64,000 nucleotides of DNA, taken from positions 18,142 through 82,141 of the forward strand of contig JBMSKH010000003.1 in the NCBI GenBank assembly GCA_049419705.1, read 5' to 3'. A model generated the notes under the pieces. That model was not told where the DNA came from, searched no databases, and was given only the letters and a program-made list of their open reading frames with translations. This document shows, piece after piece, positions 1-9,698 of the stretch (position 1 is the stretch's first letter; the number at the start of each line of letters is the position of its first letter). The translations under genes were made by a program, and so were the position numbers. Source of the DNA: Opitutales bacterium. Its GTDB lineage: Bacteria > Verrucomicrobiota > Verrucomicrobiia > Opitutales > UBA953.

Positions 1-1
1 C

Positions 2-1090
2 AAGCCCCGCGCCAGTCGCGGCGGTCGCCGTCCATCCCGCAGCTCGGCATCCCGCGCCCACGCACCCTCCACCTCGACCCCCGAGGCCGCGCGCGGATCG
101 AAATCCGAGCGCATCGCGCTGCTCATCGATGCGGACAATGTCTCCCACGGATTCCTCCCCACCCTGCGCGACTTCGTGGGCGAGACTCCGGTCGCGTCGG
201 CCCGAGCCTACGGCGACTTCCAGAACCACCTGCACAGCTGGCGCAAGGCCGCCGAGGAGTGGCCAGCGCTCGAGCTCGTCGAGCAGCGCAACTACACTGC
301 GGGCAAGAATGCGACCGACATGCGACTGACCATCGACGCCGTGAAGCTGCTCGCGGGCAAGGAGCCCCCGACCACCCTTGTCTTCGTCACCAACGACAGC
401 GACTTCACCCCGGTGGTCGAGGACGCGAAGAAGGACGGCGTGCGCATCGTGGTGATGGGTGAGCGTCCGCACCGCGCCCTGCGCAGCGCCGCGCACCATT
501 ACGTCAATCTCACCGAGCTGCGCGACCGGCTCGAGCACAAGGCCGCGGCCGAGTCCGACCCGCGCGAGGTGCTGCGACTGCTGCTCGTGGCCCTCCGCAG
601 CGTGCCCAAGCTGGGCGCCGAGGCGGAGCAAGCCCTTGCGGAGGCCGAGCGCCGCCTACCTCTCCTCCGCTTCGCGACAGGCAAGGCGCCGGCGGCGAGC
701 CGCAACGCGGCCGGTCCGTCGAACAGTCCCGCCCGCGGACGGCGCGGACGACGCGGCGGTCGGGCTGACGCCACCGCCGAGACCACCCCGGCCCAGGGAA
801 CTCGCGGCGGTGCAACCGGGGGCATCGACCCCAACGCTCTCCGACGCAAGGAGGAGCTGCTCGCCCGGGCCGATCTCATCCAGTCGCTGGTTGACGCGGC
901 CCGCTCGCTCCCGAGCCAGGACGGCTGGGTGAAGGGCGAGTTCATCCTCCGTCGCGTGCGCGAGCTGGTGCCGGATTTCGACCGGATGGCACCGCGCTAC
1001 GCCAAGTTCTACCGCATGCTCGAGGACACCGGGCGTTTCGACGTGGAACTGCGCGCGAGCACAGTCTTCGCGCGCCCCCACGAGGCCTGA
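2..1090 (+). CDS. NYN-domain (PIN-like RNase fold) protein with an RG-rich linker and a C-terminal OST-HTH/LOTUS domain; 5' end probably outside the window
   Basis: The frame is open from the window start. 'IALLIDADNVS' and 'LVFVTNDSDFTPVVEDAKKDGVRIVVMG' match the acidic NYN/LabA motifs. The linker is 'ARGRRGRRGGRAD'. The last ~70 aa ('GWVKGEFILRRVRELVPDFD..YAKFYRMLEDTGRFDV') look like OST-HTH. The ORF-track start (GTG 176) lies inside the NYN domain. Confidence 0.7.
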   Translation, partial: KPRASRGGRRPSRSSASRAHAPSTSTPEAARGSKSERIALLIDADNVSHGFLPTLRDFVGETPVASARAYGDFQNHLHSWRKAAEEWPALELVEQRNYTAGKNATDMRLTIDAVKLLAGKEPPTTLVFVTNDSDFTPVVEDAKKDGVRIVVMGERPHRALRSAAHHYVNLTELRDRLEHKAAAESDPREVLRLLLVALRSVPKLGAEAEQALAEAERRLPLLRFATGKAPAASRNAAGPSNSPARGRRGRRGGRADATAETTPAQGTRGGATGGIDPNALRRKEELLARADLIQSLVDAARSLPSQDGWVKGEFILRRVRELVPDFDRMAPRYAKFYRMLEDTGRFDVELRASTVFARPHEA

Positions 1091-1094
1091 GCCG

Positions 1095-1421
1095 TCACTC
1101 GCGGTTGTTGCCGTGACCGGCGAAGTTGAAGTGACCCCGAGTCCAATAGAACCACATCGCGGCCACCGCGATGGCGGCGATGACCAAAAGGACGGTGATA
1201 AGCTCGAGGCGCCGCGAGAGGGCGCGCTCGTCCACCGTCAGACCGGGCTCGACACCCTTTTGAGCGATGACGGTGATCCGCTCGGCTGGGGCGACTGTCG
1301 CGGAAATGGAGTCCCCGCCGAGGCGGGTGCCAAGGGGGTCTCCTGGCATGAAGTCCTGCCGACTATCCCTCACAGGCTGGCTCGGCGGTGGTGTGCTGTC
1401 AGCCTGGGCGACGACGGGCAT
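1095..1421 (-). CDS. hypothetical small protein with a single C-terminal transmembrane helix
   Basis: The ATG lies 3 nt after the cimA stop (TGA CCC ATG). There is a hydrophobic stretch 'LELITVLLVIAAIAVAAMWFYW'. No recognisable family. Confidence 0.35.
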   Translation of the reverse strand: MPVVAQADSTPPPSQPVRDSRQDFMPGDPLGTRLGGDSISATVAPAERITVIAQKGVEPGLTVDERALSRRLELITVLLVIAAIAVAAMWFYWTRGHFNFAGHGNNRE

Positions 1422-1424
1422 GGG

Positions 1425-2984
1425 TCAGCGGGAGAGTGCGTGGGCGTACCCATCGCAGAGCGCGCTGAGCGTTGCGTCCACGAGGTTGGCACTCACGCCG
1501 ACGGTGCCCCAGGACGCGGGTCCGTCGCTTGAGCGGACGACCACGCGGGTCTTGGCGGAGGTCCCGTCATGCCCGCTGAGCACACGCACCTTGTAATCTG
1601 AGAGGTGCACCTTGCGCAGACGCGGGAAGGCGCGGACCAAGGCGCCACGCAACGCCTGGTCAAGGGCGTGCACGGGACCCTCACCCTCGGCGACGGTCAG
1701 GGTCTCGGCAGTGCCGATGCGCACGCGCACCGTGGCCTCGCAAGCCGCGTGCCCGGGACCGCCGCGGACAGAAACATGGTAGGTGACGACGGTGAACGGC
1801 ACGGGCTCGGCGTTGCCGAGATGGCGGCGGAGAAGCAAGCCGAGCGAGGCTTCGGCATCCTCGAAACTCCAGCCCTCGTGCTCGAGACGCTTGAGCTCCT
1901 CGAGGGCGGCGCGGGTCGAGGGCGCGTCCTTGTCGAGGGCGATGCCGAGCTCGGCCGCCTTGATCACGAGGTTGCTGCGGCCGGACTGGTCGCTCACCAG
2001 CACGTCGCGGCTGTTGCCGACGGCGGCGGGATCAACGTGCTCGTAGGCGGCAGCGAACTTGCGCACGGCATCGACGTGTGTCCCGCCCTTGTGCGCGAAG
2101 GCCGCGGCGCCGACCCAGGGGCGGCGCGCCTCCGGGGCCTGGTTGGTCACGCCATCGAGGAAGCGGGAGAGGGCGGTCAGCCGGCGGAGCGAGGCGGCGG
2201 GAACGCAGCGCCAACCGCGCTTGAGCTGGCAGACCGGGATGGTCGCGGTCAGGTCGCAGTTGCCGGTGCGCTCGCCGATGCCATTGATCGTGCCCTGCAC
2301 ATGGGAGGCACCGGCGTCGAGCGACGCGAGTGCGTTGGCCAGGGCCAGACCGGAGTCGTCGTGGGTGTGGATGCCAATGGGCACCTTCACCGCGGCGAGC
2401 GCGGCGCGGGTGGCGGCGGCGACCTCGTCGGGCAGCGAGCCGCCATTGGTGTCACAAAGCACGATACGGCTCGCGCCGGCCTCGGCGGCGGCACGGTAGC
2501 AAGCGATGGCGTAATCGGCGTCCTCTTTCCACCCGTCGATGGCGTGCTCGCAATCATAGACGACCTCGCGACCCTGCTTGCGCAGGTGAGCGACGGTGTC
2601 GGCGATCATTGCGAGGTTCTCCTCCGGCGTGCAGCGCAGGACCTCGCGCACATGGGTACGCGAGGTCTTACCGAAGATGGTCACGACAGGCGTGCCGACC
2701 GCGAGCAGACCCTTGACCTGCTCGTCGTCGGCCGCGCGGACACCCTTGCGCCGCGTGGAACCGAAGGCGGCGAGCTTGGCATGGCGGAACTTGAGCTTCT
2801 TAGCTTGGGCGAAGAACTCGATGTCGCGGGGGTTGGACCCGGGCCAGCCGCCCTCGATGTAGGCCACGCCAAACCGGTCGAGCTCCTGGGCCACGCGGAG
2901 CTTGTCCTCGACCGAGAAATGTATGCCCAGACCCTGGGCGCCGTCGCGCAGGGTGGTGTCGTAAACCTCGATGGACCGGGCCAT
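1425..2984 (-). CDS. cimA: citramalate synthase (2-isopropylmalate synthase/HMGL-like family, long form with a LeuA-dimer regulatory domain)
   Basis: 'IEVYDTTLRDGAQGLGIHFSVEDKLRVAQELDRFGVAYIEGGWPGSNPRDIEFF' is the CimA-type N-terminus. Start re-set to 'MARSIEV' (2984) rather than the track start 3023. Confidence 0.8.
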   Translation of the reverse strand: MARSIEVYDTTLRDGAQGLGIHFSVEDKLRVAQELDRFGVAYIEGGWPGSNPRDIEFFAQAKKLKFRHAKLAAFGSTRRKGVRAADDEQVKGLLAVGTPVVTIFGKTSRTHVREVLRCTPEENLAMIADTVAHLRKQGREVVYDCEHAIDGWKEDADYAIACYRAAAEAGASRIVLCDTNGGSLPDEVAAATRAALAAVKVPIGIHTHDDSGLALANALASLDAGASHVQGTINGIGERTGNCDLTATIPVCQLKRGWRCVPAASLRRLTALSRFLDGVTNQAPEARRPWVGAAAFAHKGGTHVDAVRKFAAAYEHVDPAAVGNSRDVLVSDQSGRSNLVIKAAELGIALDKDAPSTRAALEELKRLEHEGWSFEDAEASLGLLLRRHLGNAEPVPFTVVTYHVSVRGGPGHAACEATVRVRIGTAETLTVAEGEGPVHALDQALRGALVRAFPRLRKVHLSDYKVRVLSGHDGTSAKTRVVVRSSDGPASWGTVGVSANLVDATLSALCDGYAHALSR

Positions 2985-3071
2985 GGGAGGCAGACGGTAG
3001 GGCGAAGCCCGGGCTGAGGGCAAGCGGGATGCTGGCTTGCGACCCCCGGTCGGGCCGATGCAATCGGGACT

Positions 3072-3818
3072 ATGCGATTCCTTTTGCTGCTCACCGCCCT
3101 CTCGCTGGGCGCGCCGATGGCATGGGCACAGTGGGAGATTTTTGCGGAACGCATACCGGCCGACGGCAGCTGGGCAACCTACCGGGTGACCAACGTGGGC
3201 AAGGACGGCACCGGGCCGTCGTCGGAACTCCGCGTGAGCACGCGCGACGGCACTGTGGTCGAGGGGATTCCGATGGTCTGGCTAGAGGTTCAGCCAGTGA
3301 AATGGCTCGGGTCCAAGCACAAGGGACGGCTAAGCTTCCTCATTCCACGGGCGATGGATCGCGAGAAGGCGGCGCGACTCGTTCACGTCGCCCGCGAGAT
3401 TCTCTTCACCGATCCGGCGCGTGGTCCATGGTACATGTTCCCCGAGGACGTGCGTGACGTGGTCGAACTCGTCGAGATGAAGGACAAGTGGACCTACACG
3501 CCGCAGGGGCAGGAGATGGCCAAGGATGGCAAGGGGCGCGACCGAAGCTGCGAGAAGGAGACGATGCGGGGTGACTTGTCCATCGACCCTCCCCTGCTCC
3601 GCGCCTTGACGACGACTATCGACGGCGTGATCTGGCGCGATCGCTCCACACCCTTCGGCGTGGTGAGGGCCGAGTGGACCACCGTCCAGCGCAAAGGCGA
3701 CGAGACCGACACGGAGCAGAAGCGCATCGAGCTGCTCGACTGGGGGATTGACGCCACCAAACCCCCTCCCATCGAGCACGGGGAGCGCTTCTCCTACTGG
3801 AAGCTCATTCGCCGCTGA
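3072..3818 (+). CDS. hypothetical secreted protein
   Basis: Signal peptide 'MRFLLLLTALSLGAPMAWAQ'. Ordinary amino-acid composition, unlike the overlapping antisense ORFs. No family recognised. Confidence 0.55.
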   Translation: MRFLLLLTALSLGAPMAWAQWEIFAERIPADGSWATYRVTNVGKDGTGPSSELRVSTRDGTVVEGIPMVWLEVQPVKWLGSKHKGRLSFLIPRAMDREKAARLVHVAREILFTDPARGPWYMFPEDVRDVVELVEMKDKWTYTPQGQEMAKDGKGRDRSCEKETMRGDLSIDPPLLRALTTTIDGVIWRDRSTPFGVVRAEWTTVQRKGDETDTEQKRIELLDWGIDATKPPPIEHGERFSYWKLIRR

Positions 3819-3868
3819 AAGTCCGGCGAGGCTCGGAACCTCGCCCACCCTGCTACTGTCCGAAATTC

Positions 3869-6800
3869 ATGCGCCTAAAGGCTGGTATCTTTCTTGTGGC
3901 TGCCGCTGTCCTCGCGACGGCAATCACGGGTGCGCTGAGCGCCGCCCAGGGGTCCCAACCTAAGGGGCCGCCCAGCTACAATTTCGATGTTCGCCCCATC
4001 CTGGCCGAGAACTGCTTCGGTTGCCACGGACCTGACCTGAAGGCCAACAAGGCGGACCTACGCCTCGACACCTACGAGGGCGCCACCGCCAAGCTCAAGG
4101 AATCCGAGGGACATGCCATCGTGCCCGGGAAACCCGACGAGTCGGAACTCATCCGGCGCGTGCACTCCACGGATCCGTCCGAGGTCATGCCCGAGGCTGA
4201 GTCTGGCAAGAAACTGACGGACGCGCAGAAGGATGTGCTACGGCGATGGATCGCGGCGGGCGCACTTTACGAGAAGCACTGGTCCTTCATTCCCCCGCGC
4301 AAGGTTGAGACCAAGGATACCTCCGGATGGTCGCGCAACGGCATCGATCCGTTCGTCCTCAAGGGGCTGGCGGATGCAGGCCTCAAGCCCGCTCCGGAAG
4401 CCGACAAAGCCACCCTGCTCCGCCGAGCCACGCTCGCCCTCACCGGTCTGCCGCCGACCATCGAGGAGCTGGACGCGTTCCTGGCCGACCGCGATCCCAA
4501 GGCCTACGAGAAGGCTGTCGACCGGCTGCTCGCCTCGGACGCCAGCGCCGAGCACTTCACGCGCCTGTGGCTCGATGCCGCGCGCTACGCCGACTCGCAC
4601 GGTATCCATATCGACAACTACCGCGCAATCTGGCCCTACCGCGACTGGGTCCTCGCCGCCTTCAAGGCGAACCTGCGCTGGGACACCTTCACCCTCGAGC
4701 AGATTGCCGGCGACCTCCTCCCCGACGCGACCGTCGACCAGCGGGTCGCCACCGGCTTCAACCGCTGCCTGGCCACCACCGGCGAGGGCGGCGCCATTCC
4801 CGAGGAGTACCTCGCCATCTACGCCAAGGACCGCGTCGACACCACGGCAACCGTCTGGCTCGGCCTGACACTCGGCTGCGCCGCCTGCCACGACCATAAG
4901 TTCGATCCCGTCTCGACCAAGGAGTTCTACCAGTTCACCGCGTTCTTCCGAAACACCTCGATGTCCGGACTCGACGGTAACAACGCCGAGCACGCTCCGG
5001 TCGTCCGTATCGTGACACCCGAGAACAAGGCGCGACTGGCCGCCGTCGAGCCGGAGATCGCCGCCGTGCAGAAAAGTCTGGCGGAGGCCACGCTCCAGGC
5101 GGGAAGCAAGGTGAAGGCTTGGGTTCACCAGAGGGACAAGCAGGCCGTGCCCCCGTTGCTCACGGTCAGTGCGGCCAACAACGACTCGCTGATTTCAACC
5201 ATGGCAGGGAAAGTGAACCTTGAGGGCAAAAGCCTCCCTCTCGTTGCCAACGGCATCGCGGGCGCAGGGGCACCTGTCGCCGACAAGCGCATCCACGCGG
5301 TCGCCATCAACCAACTGCCCCCGTTTGATGGCAAAGCCTACAGCTGGGGCGCGTGGATTCACTGCACCGGAAAAGGCCGTGGTGCTGTCTTCTCACGCAT
5401 GGACGCCAGCAAAGGCTATCGCGGTTTCGACTTGTGGCTCGAACAAGGCAAGGTGGGCGCGCATGCCATCGAAAACTGGCCCAACAAGGCCACGCGCAGG
5501 CTGACCAAGACGGCCTTGGCGCCTGGCTGGCACCACGTGATGGCCGTCTGGGACGCAAAGTTACCCGTCAACCAGCGCCTCAAGGTGTATGTGGATGGAT
5601 TGCTGGCCGAGACGGATAGCCACGAGACGGGCGGTGACACCATCTCCGTCGAGGCGCCTGTGCACATCGGAACGCGCATAAACGGTCCCAAGGGACTCGA
5701 TGCCACCGTCAGCGATGCGGAGGGTGTCCTGCTCCAAGATGCACGAATTTACAATCAGGCGCTCACGCCCGATCAGGTGCTGACTGCAACGGTCTCCGCC
5801 CTGACCACCACGCCGAAGACCCCTGCGAACACCAAGGAAAGGGAGATGGTCCTCACCCGGATCTACGCCGAAGCCGCCGACGGAAACACCAGGGCGGCGA
5901 CAAGAAAGCTGGAGGAGCTCACGCGGGAGAAGGCCACCCTGAGCATGGGCACGGCAGTCTCGCTTGTGATGGATGACGTCAAGGGTCAGCAGCCGACCGC
6001 ACACGTGCTCATCCGCGGACAGTACACCGACAAGGGTGAGAAGGTCGGACCGGGCACACCCGCCGCGCTTCACCCGTTCCCCAAGGACGCGCCCAATAAC
6101 CGACTCGGCCTAGCCCGCTGGCTGACGTCCAAGGACAACCCCCTCGTCGGACGCGTCACCATGAACCGCCTTTGGTACCAACTGATGGGGACCGGCATCG
6201 TCGAGACGACCGAGGACCTTGGCATCACCGGCGCGCGCCCCAGCCACCCCGAGCTTCTCGATTGGCTCGCAGTGGAATTCGCCGAATCGGGCTGGGACCA
6301 TCGCGCGATGGCCCGCCTGATCGTCACCAGTGCGACCTTCCGCCAGGCCGCCACGGTCACGACGGAGAAGCGCGAGCGCGACCCGCAGAACCGCCTGCTC
6401 TCGCGCGGGCCGCGTCCGCGACTTGATGCCGAGGTCCTGCGCGACCAGGCGCTCGCCGCCTCCGGGTTGCTCGTCCGCAAGGTCGGAGGGCCCTCGGTCA
6501 AACCCTACCAGCCCGAGGGCATCTGGGAGGCGGTCGCGATGAAGGAGTCCAACACGCGCTTCTACAAGCAGGACAAGGGCGAGGGAGCCTGGCGCCGCTC
6601 GCTCTACACCTTCTGGAAACGCACCGCGACACTGCCGACCCTCGAGATCCTGAACGCGCCGAGCCGTGAGGTCTGCGTGGTCCGCCGCGACCGCACGAAC
6701 ACCCCGCTGCAGGCCCTGGTCCTCCTAAACGACCCGACCTACGTCGAGGCATCGCGCGCGCTCGCCGATGTCGCCCTGGCCGGAAGCACCTCGACGGACG

Positions 6801-7039
6801 GGCGTCTCAATATCCTGAGCCGCCGCCTGATGGCGCGTGAATTGACCGGAGCGGAGCGCGCCATCGCGAAGCGCACGCTCGACGCAGCCCTCGCCCGGTT
6901 CCGTGCCGACCCGAAGGCGGCCGAGGCCCTGGTGACCGTGGGTGACAGCGCACCGAGAGCCACCAACCGCGCCGAACTCGCGGCCTGGACCGTCGTGGCA
7001 AGCAAGCTCCTCAACCTCGACGAGACCCTGACCTTATGA
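3869..7039 (+). CDS. PSCyt (cytochrome-c-like) / DUF1549 / LamG-like / DUF1553 multidomain protein
   Basis: Signal peptide present. '[18 protein letters not shown]' carries a CxxCH motif (nt 4013-4027). DUF1549-like '[22 protein letters not shown]'. Central concanavalin/LamG-like insert ('[30 protein letters not shown]'). DUF1553-like '[30 protein letters not shown]'. Confidence 0.85.
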   Translation: MRLKAGIFLVAAAVLATAITGALSAAQGSQPKGPPSYNFDVRPILAENCFGCHGPDLKANKADLRLDTYEGATAKLKESEGHAIVPGKPDESELIRRVHSTDPSEVMPEAESGKKLTDAQKDVLRRWIAAGALYEKHWSFIPPRKVETKDTSGWSRNGIDPFVLKGLADAGLKPAPEADKATLLRRATLALTGLPPTIEELDAFLADRDPKAYEKAVDRLLASDASAEHFTRLWLDAARYADSHGIHIDNYRAIWPYRDWVLAAFKANLRWDTFTLEQIAGDLLPDATVDQRVATGFNRCLATTGEGGAIPEEYLAIYAKDRVDTTATVWLGLTLGCAACHDHKFDPVSTKEFYQFTAFFRNTSMSGLDGNNAEHAPVVRIVTPENKARLAAVEPEIAAVQKSLAEATLQAGSKVKAWVHQRDKQAVPPLLTVSAANNDSLISTMAGKVNLEGKSLPLVANGIAGAGAPVADKRIHAVAINQLPPFDGKAYSWGAWIHCTGKGRGAVFSRMDASKGYRGFDLWLEQGKVGAHAIENWPNKATRRLTKTALAPGWHHVMAVWDAKLPVNQRLKVYVDGLLAETDSHETGGDTISVEAPVHIGTRINGPKGLDATVSDAEGVLLQDARIYNQALTPDQVLTATVSALTTTPKTPANTKEREMVLTRIYAEAADGNTRAATRKLEELTREKATLSMGTAVSLVMDDVKGQQPTAHVLIRGQYTDKGEKVGPGTPAALHPFPKDAPNNRLGLARWLTSKDNPLVGRVTMNRLWYQLMGTGIVETTEDLGITGARPSHPELLDWLAVEFAESGWDHRAMARLIVTSATFRQAATVTTEKRERDPQNRLLSRGPRPRLDAEVLRDQALAASGLLVRKVGGPSVKPYQPEGIWEAVAMKESNTRFYKQDKGEGAWRRSLYTFWKRTATLPTLEILNAPSREVCVVRRDRTNTPLQALVLLNDPTYVEASRALADVALAGSTSTDGRLNILSRRLMARELTGAERAIAKRTLDAALARFRADPKAAEALVTVGDSAPRATNRAELAAWTVVASKLLNLDETLTL

Positions 7040-8502
7040 TGCAGAGCACCTACGATCTGAACGCCGCCATCACACGCCGGCACTTCTTCCGACGCGCTGG
7101 TATCGGGCTCGGCGTCGCCGCGCTCGGCACCCTGCTCGGAGAGAACGCGCTCGCCGGCGAGCGGGCCGCCCACGCCGCGGAGCAGGCCGCCAAGGCGCTC
7201 GCGCCCCGCGCGAAGCGGGTGATCTACCTCTCGATGATCGGGGCGCCCTCGCAACTCGATCTCTTCGACTACAAGCCGGCCCTGGCCAGCCGCTTCCAGC
7301 AGGACCTCGGCGATTTTCTGCGCAAATCGGGCCAACGCCTGACTGGCATGACCTCTGGCCAGGCCAAGTTCCCCGCGGCGCCGAGCATCTTCAAGTTCGC
7401 CCAGCACGGGAAGTCGGGACTCTGGGTGAGCGAGCTGCTCCCTTGGACCGCGAAGATGGCCGACGACCTCTGTGTGATCAAATCGATGCACACCGAGGCG
7501 ATCAACCACGAGCCGGCGAACCAGTTGATTTACACCGGCAACATGCAGTCTGGAAAAGCCTCGATTGGCTCATGGATGTCCTACGGCCTCGGCTCGCTCA
7601 ACAAGGACCTGCCGACCTTCGTGGTCCTCCACGCGCAACATTCCTCCCCGCATTCGAACGTCCAAGCAATCTCCTCACGTCTTTGGAGCTCCGGCTTCCT
7701 TCCTGGACAGCATGCTGGTGTCACCCTCCGCACCAAGGGCGACCCCGTGCTCTACCTCCGGGACGCCCCGGGCATCGACCGCGACCTGCGGCGCAAGATG
7801 CTCGACGGCCTGAACGACATGAACCGCCTTTCCTACGAGGCGGTGGGCGACCCCGAGACCCAGGTGCGCATCCAGCAGTACGAGATGGCCTTCCGCATGC
7901 AGGCGTCGGTGCCCGAGCTCGCCGAGCTCGCGAACGAACCGAAGTCCGTGACCGACCTCTATGGACCCGATGCGCTCAAGGGCGGCAGCTTCGCGAACTG
8001 CGCGCTGCTCGCGCGCCGGCTGGCGGAACGCGGCGTGCGCTTCGTGCAGATCTTCCACCGCGGCTGGGACCAGCACGGCGATCTCCCGCGCGACCTCGCC
8101 GCGCAGTGCAAGGATGTCGACCAGGCGTGCTGGGGTCTGATCCAGGACCTCAAGCAGCGCGGCATGCTCGAGGACACCCTCGTGGTCTGGGGCGGCGAGT
8201 TCGGTCGCACCGTCTACTGCCAGGGCGGCCTGACGCAGACCAACTACGGTCGCGACCACCACCCCCGCTGCTTCACCCTCTGGATGGCGGGAGGCGGCGT
8301 GAAGCCGGGATACGTCCACGGCGAGACCGATGACCTCTCCTACGACATCGTGAAGGACCCCGTCTCGATCAACGACCTCCACGCCACCATCCTGCACCAG
8401 GTCGGACTCAGCCACGAGCGGCTTCACTTCCGCTACCAAGGACTCGACCAGAAGCTCACCGGCGTCCTGCCCTCGAAGGTCGTCGGCGAGCTGCTCGCCT
8501 GA
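7036..8502 (+). CDS. DUF1501 family protein (sulfatase/alkaline-phosphatase-like fold), Tat-exported
   Basis: Twin-arginine signal '[19 protein letters not shown]'. 'VWGGEFGRT' and 'GRDHHP' motifs. ATGA start/stop overlap with the upstream PSCyt/DUF1553 gene. Confidence 0.85.
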   Translation: MMQSTYDLNAAITRRHFFRRAGIGLGVAALGTLLGENALAGERAAHAAEQAAKALAPRAKRVIYLSMIGAPSQLDLFDYKPALASRFQQDLGDFLRKSGQRLTGMTSGQAKFPAAPSIFKFAQHGKSGLWVSELLPWTAKMADDLCVIKSMHTEAINHEPANQLIYTGNMQSGKASIGSWMSYGLGSLNKDLPTFVVLHAQHSSPHSNVQAISSRLWSSGFLPGQHAGVTLRTKGDPVLYLRDAPGIDRDLRRKMLDGLNDMNRLSYEAVGDPETQVRIQQYEMAFRMQASVPELAELANEPKSVTDLYGPDALKGGSFANCALLARRLAERGVRFVQIFHRGWDQHGDLPRDLAAQCKDVDQACWGLIQDLKQRGMLEDTLVVWGGEFGRTVYCQGGLTQTNYGRDHHPRCFTLWMAGGGVKPGYVHGETDDLSYDIVKDPVSINDLHATILHQVGLSHERLHFRYQGLDQKLTGVLPSKVVGELLA

Positions 8503-8522
8503 GAAACCGTCGTGCATTCAAA

Positions 8523-8543
8523 CTGTCCATGAAACATGGACAG
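8523..8543. promoter_or_regulatory. perfect inverted repeat CTGTCCATG-AAA-CATGGACAG (candidate operator or hairpin) upstream of the regulator gene
   Basis: Read directly: 9-bp arms with a 3-nt spacer, 46 nt upstream of the ATG at 8589. An extra half-site GGACAG sits at 8561-8566. Confidence 0.35.
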
Positions 8544-8588
8544 GCTTGGTCCTTTGACTCGGACAGTCCCTAGGATGAGACATACGAC

Positions 8589-9683
8589 ATGCCCCTGAAT
8601 CGAAAGAGCCTTGTCGACCAGGTCGAGGAGGTCCTGCTCGCGGACATCGACCGGGGGCGATGGGTCGGCCTGCTCCCCGGCCTGCGCGAACTGTCAAACA
8701 CGCTCGAAGTCAGTGTCCCGACACTTTCCGCCGCCATCGAGCGGCTGGTCACCAACGGGGTGATCGTCGCCCGAGGCGGACGCCGCAGATTCGAGGTAGC
8801 TGAGCGTCGCCAATCACGTGGCAGCAACGCGGCGAAATCCCGACAACGTCTGCTGGTCATCACCAGCAAGGGCGGCCTGAGCGTGCAAAGCAAGGCGGCG
8901 ACTGATATCATCCATGCCTTTGGCAGCGCCCTGGTAAGGCGCGGATGGGATATGCGTTTCGCCGAGTTGGACTTCTATGACGCGCTCAAGCCGCATCGCA
9001 GCTGGGACGACCTGCTGAAGGGCGAGCAGGTTGACCGCATACTCGTGCTCTTCGGCAGGGAGGCCATCGGACGCTGGGCGCTCGGGACGGGCCTCCCCAC
9101 CTGTTTTCTGGGAGGAAACGCCGGCGCGTTACCCATCCCCGTCATCGCGGTGCGCATGCACCAACTGGTCGAGCACGCACTCGGCGAGCTCCTGAAGGCG
9201 GGCCACCGTCGCTTTCTTGTCCCACTCTGCCGCCGCGAAGCCATCTTCGTCACTCGGATTCGCCAAAGCTACGCCCAGGCGCTTGCAGCCCAACAACTCC
9301 CAGCCCGGCCCGAGATTGAGGTGCCTGCCGCCGACACCCATAGCCCAGAGACACTCCTCCGATTGATGGAGCGAGCATGGTCCCAGACCAAGCCGCCGAC
9401 AGCACTCATCTTCTCGGACTGGCGAGACGCCGTGACGGGTATAGGCTTCCTACTCGCAAGGGGACTACGTGTGCCAGAGGACGTCTCGGTGGTCATCCTT
9501 TCCATGGATCACCAGGCAACATGGTTCAGGCCCCAGCTCGCCCATTACGCATTCCCAGAGGAGGGCTTCACCAAGGCACTGCTGAGGTGGATCGACGGCA
9601 AGCCCCATAACTCCGACACACTGCTCCGAAAGATGCTCGCGAGCTTCGAGCCGGGAAAGACCATCGCTGCGCCGAGGAGCTGA
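8589..9683 (+). CDS. transcriptional regulator: GntR-type winged HTH fused to a LacI/PBP type-I sugar-binding-like domain
   Basis: 'LPGLRELSNTLEVSVPTLSAAIERLVTNGVIVARGGRRRFEV' is a GntR-type wHTH. The remaining ~280 aa resemble a periplasmic-binding-protein-like effector domain. Confidence 0.7.
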   Translation: MPLNRKSLVDQVEEVLLADIDRGRWVGLLPGLRELSNTLEVSVPTLSAAIERLVTNGVIVARGGRRRFEVAERRQSRGSNAAKSRQRLLVITSKGGLSVQSKAATDIIHAFGSALVRRGWDMRFAELDFYDALKPHRSWDDLLKGEQVDRILVLFGREAIGRWALGTGLPTCFLGGNAGALPIPVIAVRMHQLVEHALGELLKAGHRRFLVPLCRREAIFVTRIRQSYAQALAAQQLPARPEIEVPAADTHSPETLLRLMERAWSQTKPPTALIFSDWRDAVTGIGFLLARGLRVPEDVSVVILSMDHQATWFRPQLAHYAFPEEGFTKALLRWIDGKPHNSDTLLRKMLASFEPGKTIAAPRS

Positions 9684-9698
9684 GCCGCCGGAGAGCGC

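Noticed and set aside
1605-3017. 470-aa plus-strand ORF
   Set aside because: It is antisense to cimA. Its composition is Gly/Ala/Arg/Leu-rich and no family is recognisable, which is typical of a high-GC shadow ORF. The opposite frame carries unmistakable CimA motifs.
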